From a virus (Duplodnaviria > Caudoviricetes): 54,403 bases of DNA. A program made the translations under genes and the position numbers. The DNA lies in the IMG/VR virus record IMGVR_UViG_3300031951_000213, positions 1 through 54,403 of that record; one strand, written 5' to 3'. This document shows positions 8,848 to 17,524 of this stretch, piece by piece. The first letter of the stretch is position 1; each line of letters begins with the position of its first letter. The notes under the pieces were generated by a model. It was given only the letters and a program-made list of their open reading frames with translations, did not search any database and was not told the origin of the DNA.

Positions 8848-10035
8848 TTAAAAGAGAGATTTCTTTTCTACAATCATTGTTGGGCGAGAAGATTTTGCGG
8901 CCCATTGGTAAGCGTCGATTAGTTCTTTACCGTTTTCTGGAACTAGAACGGGGAAGCTTACAAGTTTCTCGAAAACTTCTGTAAAATCCTGCGAATGTGT
9001 CGGACCAGAATAGAACGGGCCGCTGTCTGCTACAACTGTTTTCAAAACAACGGGACATTGGTATTCGCCGTGGCTGGTTCGTTCAATGTGATTAAGGTGA
9101 TTACCAATAGCGTCTGCCGCAACAAGCATAAAGTCGTGCCGCTCAAAATACACGACTGGACGATACCCTTCAAACGACATTCCAATACCCAAGCCAACCA
9201 TGAGGTTTTCGGCTACTGGGGTTTCAATCTTCAACTCATCTGGGACGTTTTTGAGGGTGCCCATAGCATTACCGTTCTTAACGTTGTAGCCAATAAAGAC
9301 AGCGTTGTTTTCTACCATGTGCTCCATAGAAGCGTTAGCGGCGGCTTTATAAGATATTTCTCCCTCATCTGGCCAATCTAAAGAATCCAAAAGTTCTTCT
9401 TTTAATCTTGGAAAACACTCGTCATCTGTAAATTTCTTTTGGCGCGAAATGTCAATCATGTCCGTGGTTCGCGCATGTGGCCAAGTAATCCTATATTCAT
9501 ATCGGCGGACACAAGATGGAAATTGAGGTTTTGTGGCTTTGCCCCATCGTTCTTCTTTAGTTGTCTCCACGGAACGATTATTGTCTTCAATAATGAATGT
9601 GCATGGCAATTCGTGACCTTCAACATATCGGGCCGCTTCCCAAAGATGGCCAGTATCTTCAATTCCATCACCAACAAAACACCAGACTTTTTGCTTGGAA
9701 CCTTTACGTTTCAGCGCCAAAGCAATGCCCGCCGCAATAGCTGGAGTCCCTCCGATAATTGCAGAGGTAAAGAAATTGCGCTTACGGTCAAAAATAAACA
9801 TCGAGCGGCCATTCAGGATGCGCTCTTTTAGAGTTTCGGGCGGAATTCCGTGAAGAAGAGCGTGATAATGGTTGCGATGAGTAGAAAGAACGTAATCGCC
9901 TTCTTTGATTTCTTTGAAAATTTCAATCAACTGGTCCTCGTTTCCGCCCGAAAGGTGAAAAAGGAATGGAAGTTTACAATCGCGATACAAATCGGCGATT
10001 TCGTTTTCAAAGTTGATTAGTTCTTGTTTAGTCAT
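8848..10035 (-). CDS. Fused TPP-dependent E1 alpha/beta (pyruvate dehydrogenase/transketolase-like) enzyme
   Basis: STHRNHYHAL and the TPP motif GDG...EDNN (alpha part); IETPVAENLMVGLGIGMS and GPTHSQ (beta pyrimidine-binding part). No transketolase C-terminal domain. Confidence 0.88.
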   Translation of the reverse strand: MTKQELINFENEIADLYRDCKLPFLFHLSGGNEDQLIEIFKEIKEGDYVLSTHRNHYHALLHGIPPETLKERILNGRSMFIFDRKRNFFTSAIIGGTPAIAAGIALALKRKGSKQKVWCFVGDGIEDTGHLWEAARYVEGHELPCTFIIEDNNRSVETTKEERWGKATKPQFPSCVRRYEYRITWPHARTTDMIDISRQKKFTDDECFPRLKEELLDSLDWPDEGEISYKAAANASMEHMVENNAVFIGYNVKNGNAMGTLKNVPDELKIETPVAENLMVGLGIGMSFEGYRPVVYFERHDFMLVAADAIGNHLNHIERTSHGEYQCPVVLKTVVADSGPFYSGPTHSQDFTEVFEKLVSFPVLVPENGKELIDAYQWAAKSSRPTMIVEKKSLF

Positions 10036-11026
10036 TGTGAAGGATGATTCGTCCGCAGTTTCCGTCTTTTAACATATTAACGGCAGAGTTAATTTCTCTC
10101 ATGGGAAAGACGTTTGTTACGATGTTTTTGAACTTTAGCTTACCACTAACAAACATAGAAGCGTAGCGGGGAATATCAACGGTTGGATTTGTTTTGCCTC
10201 CTTGAGTGGCAATGATGCGCTTGCCCTTGGCTCCAAAAAGGCTAGAATCTACTGCAAAAGGTGACTTTGGCTGTCCAACCATTACGAATCGGCCATTGTC
10301 GGCCAAAAGTTTTAGCGAGTCTTCAATAAGTTCTGCGTGGCCAGTTGTGTCGAAGATAACGTCAAACTTGTTTTCGAGCAGGAAATTCTTTTCTTTTAGA
10401 TTGATGAACCTTGTCGCGCCATTGAATATGGCCAGTTTTTCTTTATCTTTAATGTCTGCGACGACAATATCGTTCGCTCCCACAAGATTCAACCCTTGGA
10501 TTAGGTTGAGTCCCAATCCGCCGCAACCCAAGACTAGGGCATTTTCGCCGATTTTAACTTCCGCCTCATTGTTGATTGCGCCCAAAGCTGTTGTCATACC
10601 GCAGCCTAAAAGAGAGCACAGTTCATTTGGCACGGCGTAACCAACTGGCGTCAACCGATTTTCCGAACAAATAGAGTATTCGCCAATCGTTGTAACTTTG
10701 CCGCTAGAGATTTTCTTGCCGCGAAAAATGTATTCAGGAAACGCTGAATCTATGCCTGATCCAACCATCCAATGCATTACAACCTTTTGGCCAATTTGAA
10801 GAGAAACACCTTCTCCAATTCCCTCCACAATCCCGCATCCTTCGTGACCCATTAAATGAGGCAGGAATTTTGCATTACCCTTTAGCCCAGCAATTTCCAT
10901 TAGCTGAGCGCCGCAAAGTCCACTGGTTAAGATTTTTACCTTGACTTGGCCAGCTTTAAGAGGCGTTAGTTCTACGTCTTCCCAAGATAGAGGTTGATTG
11001 AGGCTTGTCAATACGGCGGATTTCAC
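10028..11026 (-). CDS. Zn-binding medium-chain alcohol dehydrogenase
   Basis: SGLCGAQ, GHEGCGIVE, LLGCGMTTALGA, GCGGLG. Confidence 0.9.
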   Translation of the reverse strand: MKSAVLTSLNQPLSWEDVELTPLKAGQVKVKILTSGLCGAQLMEIAGLKGNAKFLPHLMGHEGCGIVEGIGEGVSLQIGQKVVMHWMVGSGIDSAFPEYIFRGKKISSGKVTTIGEYSICSENRLTPVGYAVPNELCSLLGCGMTTALGAINNEAEVKIGENALVLGCGGLGLNLIQGLNLVGANDIVVADIKDKEKLAIFNGATRFINLKEKNFLLENKFDVIFDTTGHAELIEDSLKLLADNGRFVMVGQPKSPFAVDSSLFGAKGKRIIATQGGKTNPTVDIPRYASMFVSGKLKFKNIVTNVFPMREINSAVNMLKDGNCGRIILHND

Positions 11027-11739
11027 AGGATGATCCAGTTTTTCTTTAATGTTGGTAATTGCCAGTCGGGATTTTGGCGGGAATAGCGATGGATGTAAAG
11101 TGGAACGTTTGTCTCCACTGAATCTAGCAAAAACATGAACGACGAATCAATAACGTGAATTTCCTCGGCCAATTCAGCAACTCCAAGCCAGTCAATCATT
11201 GTGAATCCTTGAATCGGGCGGAGTTTTACTATTGGCAAATTGATTTTGTTACGGTCAATAACATACCCGCGAGACTCGTCTTCGTGTAAGAGGGCGAATT
11301 TTTCGGGAAGATTTAGGCCGTAGATTAGGCTGTTTTCTTTTTTCTTGTGGCGGTTAATTTTGAAAGAAGTCCAGCGTTTTTCAAAGGGAACTCCCGCGAG
11401 GCGATAAAATTGCTGATCGAAAGCATCGTGTTGATTTAAGTCATGAAAACCAATTTTAATACAATCAGATCGAATCATTTTATGAGATTGAAATCTTATT
11501 TTATTGTTTTTTATTTTAAAATTGTTAACCTCTTCATCGTCCTTCACTCCAATTAGTTGGAGATTTGTGTCTTCATACATTTGGGCTACGGTTTCAAGAT
11601 TATGATGCTTTACAAAAAGATGTGTAGCTCCATCATCTTTAATCCACTCTCTTACCAAGCCATTGCATATAATGTGGTCGCCCAACCCTAAGTGATGGTA
11701 GAGATAAAGGTCGTGAAGATATGGGCAAAGATCATTCAT
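11023..11739 (-). CDS. putative GT-B glycosyltransferase
   Basis: HHLGLGDHIICNGLVR N-terminal motif and AEEIHVIDSSF (GT9-like); located in the sugar operon. Confidence 0.6.
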   Translation of the reverse strand: MNDLCPYLHDLYLYHHLGLGDHIICNGLVREWIKDDGATHLFVKHHNLETVAQMYEDTNLQLIGVKDDEEVNNFKIKNNKIRFQSHKMIRSDCIKIGFHDLNQHDAFDQQFYRLAGVPFEKRWTSFKINRHKKKENSLIYGLNLPEKFALLHEDESRGYVIDRNKINLPIVKLRPIQGFTMIDWLGVAELAEEIHVIDSSFMFLLDSVETNVPLYIHRYSRQNPDWQLPTLKKNWIIL

Positions 11740-12376
11740 ACGCCAAAAGTTCCAAATGATGAGGGTCAACGCGGTTAAACTCGTCAAACACTTGGCCCAC
11801 GAACCGATCTTTTTCTCGCGGGAGAGGGAAATTGTCCTTATGATGATAAGCTACTGAATGCTTATAAAAAGGCAAAATTACATCCCGCAAAAAGTCTTGA
11901 TCGTAGTGGTAGTATTCCTTGTTTTCGTAGTCTTTGACGAGGGACAGAAAATCAAACGGCGCGGGATTTCTAAATCCACTCATCCCAGCCAATAATGGAT
12001 AGCTAAAATGACAAGGATGATCTTTCATTGTATGACACAAGAGGCCACTATCCAACCACTGTTCCACGGCGGAAACTTCACGCATAGAAAAGCGAGAATC
12101 ACAATCGCGGGAAATAAAATACTCCACATTTTCGTCAGCAAACGGTAAAAAGCGCGTTAACGAAAACGTCCAATCGGCTGGTCCGTCAAGTATTTTTACT
12201 CTTGTTCCGCCGAAACCTCTCAATTTATTTGGAACGTCTTCTGGAACGTCTTTATGAACGTAAAAGATGCATTCCCAATCGGGGTAAAAGTCCGCCCTTT
12301 GCATGGCGTTTTCAAGAGCGCCGATTGTGTATTTGGGGTTGTCTCCCCAGAGGGAGAAAGAGATTAGTTTACTCAT
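11732..12376 (-). CDS. putative GT-A glycosyltransferase
   Basis: ISFSLWG...Y, RFLP, SRDCDSR (DxD), LAGM, YDQDFL. Confidence 0.65.
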   Translation of the reverse strand: MSKLISFSLWGDNPKYTIGALENAMQRADFYPDWECIFYVHKDVPEDVPNKLRGFGGTRVKILDGPADWTFSLTRFLPFADENVEYFISRDCDSRFSMREVSAVEQWLDSGLLCHTMKDHPCHFSYPLLAGMSGFRNPAPFDFLSLVKDYENKEYYHYDQDFLRDVILPFYKHSVAYHHKDNFPLPREKDRFVGQVFDEFNRVDPHHLELLAYE

Positions 12377-12947
12377 TGGTAATCAACTTTTCTTTTCGCA
12401 AAAATAAGCCTGTTCCGTCGCCAGTGTTGAATCCGAAGTAAGCGTATTCACTGCTTGTAACAAGGTTGTATCCGTAGTCATCAAATCCATTTGTGTCATG
12501 GACTAATACAAAGCGCGGCTTATATTGCAAGACAAAATTCACAATCTCGCCGCGAAGATAAACGCCCGCGTCAACAAAGAATCCGTCGTATTCATCGTAG
12601 CCAACGATGTTTTTTGATTTTTCTAGAATTTCTAGAAGTAGTTTGTCGGGTCGTTCAGCTTGAAAGTTGTTGCCGCGATGGTTTGGTTGGGCTGACTTGG
12701 TGAATTCGTCATGTGCGGCGAAAAGTTCTGGCGCGTCAATGTATTTTGCGCGGTAGTTTTTATAGTCCTTTAATTGGCTAACGGTTTTGTCGAACCACTC
12801 ACGGTCATTCAAGATTTCGAGTGAGAATACTTCTCCGAAGTTGTCAACCAGCGCTTTTGTGCCAGCGCCGATTCCAAATTCTAAAATACTTTTTTCTTTT
12901 TTGTCTTGAATAATTTCAAGAACGGGAATCCAATCTGTATAGGCCAT
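12369..12947 (-). CDS. class I SAM-dependent methyltransferase
   Basis: ILEFGIGAGT, FFVDAG, VLVHDT. Confidence 0.75.
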   Translation of the reverse strand: MAYTDWIPVLEIIQDKKEKSILEFGIGAGTKALVDNFGEVFSLEILNDREWFDKTVSQLKDYKNYRAKYIDAPELFAAHDEFTKSAQPNHRGNNFQAERPDKLLLEILEKSKNIVGYDEYDGFFVDAGVYLRGEIVNFVLQYKPRFVLVHDTNGFDDYGYNLVTSSEYAYFGFNTGDGTGLFLRKEKLITNE

Positions 12948-12948
12948 G

Positions 12949-13665
12949 TTATTTCAGTAGGTGTTTGTATTTTTCTTTGATTTTTGCGCCTTCGATCATG
13001 TTGGAGCTTTGGCTGTTGGTGGAGAGGCCGTTTGGGTTGTAATAGTAGAGGCCCACTGTTTCGTAGAGTTTTTGAAACTTTGCGCCGCCTTCTAAGCAGC
13101 GCATCCAAAAATCGAAATCGGCGGCTGTTGGATAAGTAATATCAAACAAGCCAAAACGCTGGTGCAAGGATTTTCGCCACATTGGCATACAGTGCGGAGA
13201 ATTGTTTTCCATCATACTTTCGGCGGAAACATCGTAACAGGGATAAAGGTCGTAAATGTTAGCCTCGTCAAACTTTTCGTTAGCCTTGTAGCTCCATGCA
13301 ACGTGTCCGTAGCAAACATCTGTTTCAGGGTTGTTTTCCATGAAACTGAGTTGTGTTTGTAGTGAATTGAATTTGCGCCGATCATCAGCATTCCAGTTTG
13401 TGATGATTGGAGCATCAGCCAAAGCAATGCCGCGATTCCATGTTTCGTAAATGCTTAGTTTGTCGCGGAGCATCACATAGTCAAGACTTGGGTGATTGTA
13501 AGAGTGGATAATGCTGGCGGTCTTATCTGTGCTCTGCGCATCCATTAGGAGGATTTGCATATGGTCTAGGCCGTCTTGCTCCATTACGTTGTCCATAAAA
13601 CCACGAATAAATTTCTCGGCGTTATAGAGGGAAACGATTACTGAGAGTCGGGGGTTGTCAATCAT
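12949..13665 (-). CDS. GT2 glycosyltransferase
   Basis: SVIVSLYN, DAQSTDKT, WNRGI, NADD, AADFDFWMR. Confidence 0.9.
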   Translation of the reverse strand: MIDNPRLSVIVSLYNAEKFIRGFMDNVMEQDGLDHMQILLMDAQSTDKTASIIHSYNHPSLDYVMLRDKLSIYETWNRGIALADAPIITNWNADDRRKFNSLQTQLSFMENNPETDVCYGHVAWSYKANEKFDEANIYDLYPCYDVSAESMMENNSPHCMPMWRKSLHQRFGLFDITYPTAADFDFWMRCLEGGAKFQKLYETVGLYYYNPNGLSTNSQSSNMIEGAKIKEKYKHLLK

Positions 13666-14099
13666 GACAAAAGTTCAGGGTTTTTGTGGACGTTGCCAAG
13701 AACTTCATTAAAGATGGGAATTAGTTTTGCATTTTGCCCCTCCACCGTTCTCATTGTAATCATCGGCAATGCCACGTTTTTACTCAAAAGTCTAAATGAT
13801 GCGGAATGGGGGCAATAAAAGACTTTAGCTGCCTGATATTCTGGATAAATTACAGAAACAATGTCGCCCTCATAAATTTCCCTGCCTTCTGAATCAAGGA
13901 GGCCAGTAAATTGTTCGAGAACATATCTGTTCAACCCTCCGTCCTCTTGGACTGTCTGAGGAATTGGGTATGGTCCTTGTTTTGTCATAAAGCACAGGTC
14001 GGTAGATTCTGTGTTCAGAATCAAACACATTGCGTTCTTAATTGGGAACCATTCCTTTTTTTGTTTATCCCAAACTCGAAATTTAATGGGCCGACTCAC
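13662..14099 (-). CDS. YopX-family protein
   Basis: IKFRVWDK...QFTGLLDSEGREIYEGDIV...EVLGNVHKNPELL. Confidence 0.9.
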   Translation of the reverse strand: MSRPIKFRVWDKQKKEWFPIKNAMCLILNTESTDLCFMTKQGPYPIPQTVQEDGGLNRYVLEQFTGLLDSEGREIYEGDIVSVIYPEYQAAKVFYCPHSASFRLLSKNVALPMITMRTVEGQNAKLIPIFNEVLGNVHKNPELLS

Positions 14100-15019
14100 T
14101 TGTTCACCTCCGCATATTTGTTCAAAACCATCGCCAAAAACTTTGTTTGCGTATCCAAAGACGACACATATTCGGCGAACGCTTTCTGATCTCTTATTTT
14201 CTGTTGCCAGTAGTCGCTGGAAAAATCGTTTTCCATGAACTGCTCCAAACGATCATACTCTATCATTGGCACTACGCCAGTCATTTCTAGCAGGGGGTAA
14301 TACCAACTGCACATTGCCTCGCCGTCAAATGGTTTGACATACACGCAAAGAGAATTGCTGGCCATTGCCCATAGAAGGCGTTCCCAACTTGTGGAGTTGC
14401 CGTCTATGTTGAGAATGACTTGGAAATTAAGCTGGTGGCCAACGTCCATTGCTTGGCGGCAAATAGGGGCCAAGCTAATTCTTTCGTCGAATCTTTTGGC
14501 GGCATCATTGTCTAGAGATGACAGTTTGGAATAAATCTTTGAGGAATCTTTATATGCATGCGATACTAAGGAGCGCATTGTCCAACCGTTTAATCGGCGA
14601 GTTCCTGTATCAGAGCCAACAAAAACGGCCCGTTTCATTTTCGCGCAAAAGGGTCGGTCTGTATTTTTTACGGCCAATAGTTTGTTTCTCGTTTCTTGAG
14701 AATGAGCGTCTGGAATCAAGATTTGGCCGCTATTTGGCTTGGCGGTATAAGCAAAACGCTGGTTTTTATCTCTGTAAACGCCTTCATACATGTTGAGAAT
14801 AAATTCAACATTTGGCAATTTATAACTTTTGGCCGTGTCTTGGAGAAGGTTTACAAAAGTCAAAAACCGCCATTCATCTTGTGACCAATTGCGGTCTTTT
14901 ACTCGAATCATGCTATCTTCCAGAGAAACAACCATTTCCGAAAGCTCCAACTCGTCCTTCTTATAGGGGCGAATGGGTGGAATGCAAAGATGTAGGTTTT
15001 GTTCTAAAAGGCTAGTCAC
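14096..15019 (-). CDS. GT90 (CAP10-like) glycosyltransferase
   Basis: KRAVFVGSDTG, ILNIDGNSTSWERLLWAMASNS, WYYPLL. Confidence 0.75.
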   Translation of the reverse strand: MTSLLEQNLHLCIPPIRPYKKDELELSEMVVSLEDSMIRVKDRNWSQDEWRFLTFVNLLQDTAKSYKLPNVEFILNMYEGVYRDKNQRFAYTAKPNSGQILIPDAHSQETRNKLLAVKNTDRPFCAKMKRAVFVGSDTGTRRLNGWTMRSLVSHAYKDSSKIYSKLSSLDNDAAKRFDERISLAPICRQAMDVGHQLNFQVILNIDGNSTSWERLLWAMASNSLCVYVKPFDGEAMCSWYYPLLEMTGVVPMIEYDRLEQFMENDFSSDYWQQKIRDQKAFAEYVSSLDTQTKFLAMVLNKYAEVNK

Positions 15020-15024
15020 TCGTT

Positions 15025-15033
15025 TATATTAAC
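15025..15033 (-). promoter_or_regulatory. GTTADTATA-class promoter at the head of the glycosylation operon
   Basis: GTTAATATA 5 nt before GTG 15019; embedded in a CTCGTT...AACGAG inverted repeat. Confidence 0.6.
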
Positions 15034-15053
15034 GAGCTTGGGCCGCTGGTCTA

Positions 15054-15563
15054 TCACTTTTTCTTCTTGAGGCCGCATTTGGCGCAGACGGTTTTTCCGT
15101 CAACTTCCTTCATTTCGGAATCTTCGCATTCACATTCGTCCTCGTCTTCACTCTCATCTTCGGAGTCGTCGTCTTCGTCTTCCATTTCTTCTTCGGCGAG
15201 AGCTAGGAAATCGCTGGTTTTGAGCTTGTGTTGAGCAACGGTTACTTTAGCAAGAGCGTATTCAATGTCGGTCAAATCAACGTGATTGGCCGTAAGCATT
15301 TTTGAGTCGCCGTATTTGGCAAAACGAGAAATGCGAGCAACGGCCACTTCTAAGTCTGAAAATCCTACGCGGTGAAAATTTTTAGCCGCTTGGAGAGCAT
15401 TTTCGGCAACGGAAACGAGAATTTCTTTGTTTGTCTCGGAGGCAAGAGAGGTTAGGAACCTTTCGCCATTCTCCGACAGCTTAAAACCCTCAAATTTAGG
15501 GTTTTTGGGCGCAAAATTAAAATTTGCAGCTTTGATTTGGGCGGAAAAGTCGAGTTCTTGCAT
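15054..15563 (-). CDS. late hypothetical protein with ELDFSAQI N-terminus, acidic tract and C-terminal Cys cluster
   Basis: Start moved to ATG 15563 (GTGTAA-N8-ATG); begins MQELDFSAQIKAAN. Confidence 0.7.
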   Translation of the reverse strand: MQELDFSAQIKAANFNFAPKNPKFEGFKLSENGERFLTSLASETNKEILVSVAENALQAAKNFHRVGFSDLEVAVARISRFAKYGDSKMLTANHVDLTDIEYALAKVTVAQHKLKTSDFLALAEEEMEDEDDDSEDESEDEDECECEDSEMKEVDGKTVCAKCGLKKKK

Positions 15564-15571
15564 GGTTGGAG

Positions 15572-15577
15572 TTACAC
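15572..15577 (-). promoter_or_regulatory. GTGTAA late-type promoter motif
   Basis: 8 nt before ATG 15563. Confidence 0.6.
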
Positions 15578-15585
15578 GCAAGCAA

Positions 15586-15837
15586 TCAACTTTCCTCCAT
15601 TGGAAGGAAAATTACCTGCGTTGTTCTTTGGACCAACTTTAACTCAGCCGTCAAAAGTTCTTTCGTGTATGGGCTTCCGTCATAAGTAACGTCTGTTGGT
15701 TTTTTGCAAAATTGTGGGTCGTGTATCTCGGCATCTTCAATATTTACCCACCCTTCGATAGAAGAGCGCCCATCGTTATAAATACTATTCCAGCCTTTGC
15801 CGTTTTTTACAACCATTAGTCCTGTTTCAGTTTTCAT
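15586..15837 (-). CDS. hypothetical protein
   Basis: Tightly packed ORF. Confidence 0.65.
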   Translation of the reverse strand: MKTETGLMVVKNGKGWNSIYNDGRSSIEGWVNIEDAEIHDPQFCKKPTDVTYDGSPYTKELLTAELKLVQRTTQVIFLPMEES

Positions 15838-16345
15838 GTTTTAGAGCTTCTTTTATAGTGTTTACAATGCGGCAAAGGTATTGGTATTCAGGGTTCGGAA
15901 TTTGAGGGAGCATATTATACCATTCGGAACCAAGAATGGCTTCTAGATATTTTTCGTCTCCACTAAACCCGTCTCCCCAGATTTCGTCAACATAACCCCA
16001 TTGTTCCGCCGCTTCTTCTTTTGTTAGTTCTTTTTCTTTTCGGTTGTAAAGAATAGTTTTTCGACATTTTCTTTGCAATGCCCCTTGGGAGTCGTCGTCA
16101 ATGGTCGGTTTAATACCAATCTTTAGCTTCCCAACAAGATAGTCTGTGCCTGTTTTTAAGAAAAAGCTCTTGACGGTATAACCCTCGCCCATTGCGCCCC
16201 AAAAATAACTCCAAGAGTCGCCGCAAACTTCAATGGTAACTTTGCCTCGCTGCGGGCCGTAATCCTCAAAAAAGACGTTGATTGGGTCTAGATTGGGGAG
16301 GTCGGAGATGGTTAGTTTGGTAGTGGTGGATTCTTTTAAGACCAT
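15827..16345 (-). CDS. hypothetical phage protein
   Basis: LDPINVFFEDYGPQRGKVTIEVCGDSWSYFWGAMG, a pattern common in phage hypotheticals. Confidence 0.75.
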   Translation of the reverse strand: MVLKESTTTKLTISDLPNLDPINVFFEDYGPQRGKVTIEVCGDSWSYFWGAMGEGYTVKSFFLKTGTDYLVGKLKIGIKPTIDDDSQGALQRKCRKTILYNRKEKELTKEEAAEQWGYVDEIWGDGFSGDEKYLEAILGSEWYNMLPQIPNPEYQYLCRIVNTIKEALKHEN

Positions 16346-16695
16346 AGGTTTAGAATTTTTCCAAGAGCTTCACATTTATCTTCGGCAGATGCGTGAATTG
16401 CCTGCTTATCCCTATCTTTGGCCGCTGGTTTGAAGGTGATATAGTAGAGGTTGTTTAGGTAGTCGGTCCACTGGTCATCTGTTAGTTTTTCTTCTAGTTT
16501 TCGGACGGCATTAAGGTCTTCAAAGTATTTTGGCAAAAAGAAAAGATTATCTTGCCAAGTTTTTAAAGTAGGCCTTTGAGAGCTACCATGACATTTCTTA
16601 CCATCTGGCCGTTCAAGCCAAAAGAAACCATCCTCTTTGAGAAATTTCCAGCCTTCAAATTCGGCCAATTTAATTGTTTTTTGTTGTTGGGTCAT
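16336..16695 (-). CDS. hypothetical phage protein
   Basis: PKYFEDLNA...HASAEDKCEA pattern. Confidence 0.7.
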   Translation of the reverse strand: MTQQQKTIKLAEFEGWKFLKEDGFFWLERPDGKKCHGSSQRPTLKTWQDNLFFLPKYFEDLNAVRKLEEKLTDDQWTDYLNNLYYITFKPAAKDRDKQAIHASAEDKCEALGKILNLWS

Positions 16696-17016
16696 TTATT
16701 GGAGAAAGGGTTGGAGTTTGGCGAGTGCTGCTTTTGTTCTGGCGAGAACAGCATCATTGCTTGGGTCATTGGGATGCAAACGAAGCGCCAATCCAGCAAA
16801 CGATGCCTCGGCATAACGGATTTGAGTATGGGCCTCGCGAATTGCCTCGCGCATATTGTTATTTTCTTCTTCTAATTGTCGGGCGAAATCGGCGATAACA
16901 ATGTCTCCTTCTATATTTTTACCGTCTCGTTTAATGTAGATTTCGACACAGCTATCGTCACAATCAAGTGTGATTAGTCGTGCTTCGGCGTCTGTTTTTG
17001 GTGTTTTACTATTCAT
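16696..17016 (-). CDS. hypothetical protein (TPxTDA...ADFARQLE family)
   Basis: Start MNSKTPKTDAE. Confidence 0.7.
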   Translation of the reverse strand: MNSKTPKTDAEARLITLDCDDSCVEIYIKRDGKNIEGDIVIADFARQLEEENNNMREAIREAHTQIRYAEASFAGLALRLHPNDPSNDAVLARTKAALAKLQPFLQ

Positions 17017-17020
17017 ATCG

Positions 17021-17164
17021 TTAGAACCACTTTTTGGTGAGAATTTTGCTGAAATCAATTGCTTCGTTGTATCCAGAAAGCATAATTATAATTTCTAAAA
17101 CAGAAATTGGAGCTACCAAAAGGACTTTAATTGGCACGGTTAGGAGATTGAGGATTAGTTTCAT
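17021..17164 (-). CDS. small hydrophobic protein (47 aa)
   Basis: Below the track cutoff; MKLILNLLTVPIKVLLVAPISVLEIIIMLSG...; directly after a sigma70 promoter. Confidence 0.55.
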   Translation of the reverse strand: MKLILNLLTVPIKVLLVAPISVLEIIIMLSGYNEAIDFSKILTKKWF

Positions 17165-17170
17165 CTATCT

Positions 17171-17198
17171 AAGATAGACCAACATTGGGCCGTGTCAA
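17171..17198 (-). promoter_or_regulatory. sigma70-like early promoter
   Basis: TTGACA-N16-TATCTT-N6-ATG. Confidence 0.65.
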
Positions 17199-17199
17199 G

Positions 17200-17245
17200 A
17201 AAAAAATCGCCGCTCAACTAGCGATCAACCTAGCGAGCGGCGGTT
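17200..17245 (-). terminator. Rho-independent terminator
   Basis: CGCCGCTC...GAGCGGCG stem followed by a T run on the minus strand, after the nrd operon. Confidence 0.7.
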
Positions 17246-17320
17246 TGGTGGCATTTTGTGAATTTGTAGCCAGCCGAAAATCCCGAAAAATTGCGCATCA
17301 GAGAGGGGCGTTCCGAGAAG

Positions 17321-17515
17321 TTATTTGCGCCCAAAGATACTACCGAAAATGTCGCTGTCAAGCGGTTTTTGGCCGTTTTGGACACTTTCAACCGCCAATT
17401 CCCATGTTTGGTCGAAGAGTTTTTTCAAACCGTTAGGGGTTAGGGTGATGTTTTCGCGGCCCTCGAATGAGGGGTTGCGTTTGACGTAGAGGAGCCAGAG
17501 TTCGGATTTGGTCAT
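17321..17515 (-). CDS. hypothetical protein
   Basis: ORF at the end of the nrd operon. Confidence 0.65.
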   Translation of the reverse strand: MTKSELWLLYVKRNPSFEGRENITLTPNGLKKLFDQTWELAVESVQNGQKPLDSDIFGSIFGRK

Positions 17516-17524
17516 GTTAGTTTA

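Noticed and set aside
8848-10035. Pyruvate dehydrogenase as a central-metabolism auxiliary gene
   Set aside because: No E2/E3 subunits, truncated beta part, and embedded in a sugar-modification operon.
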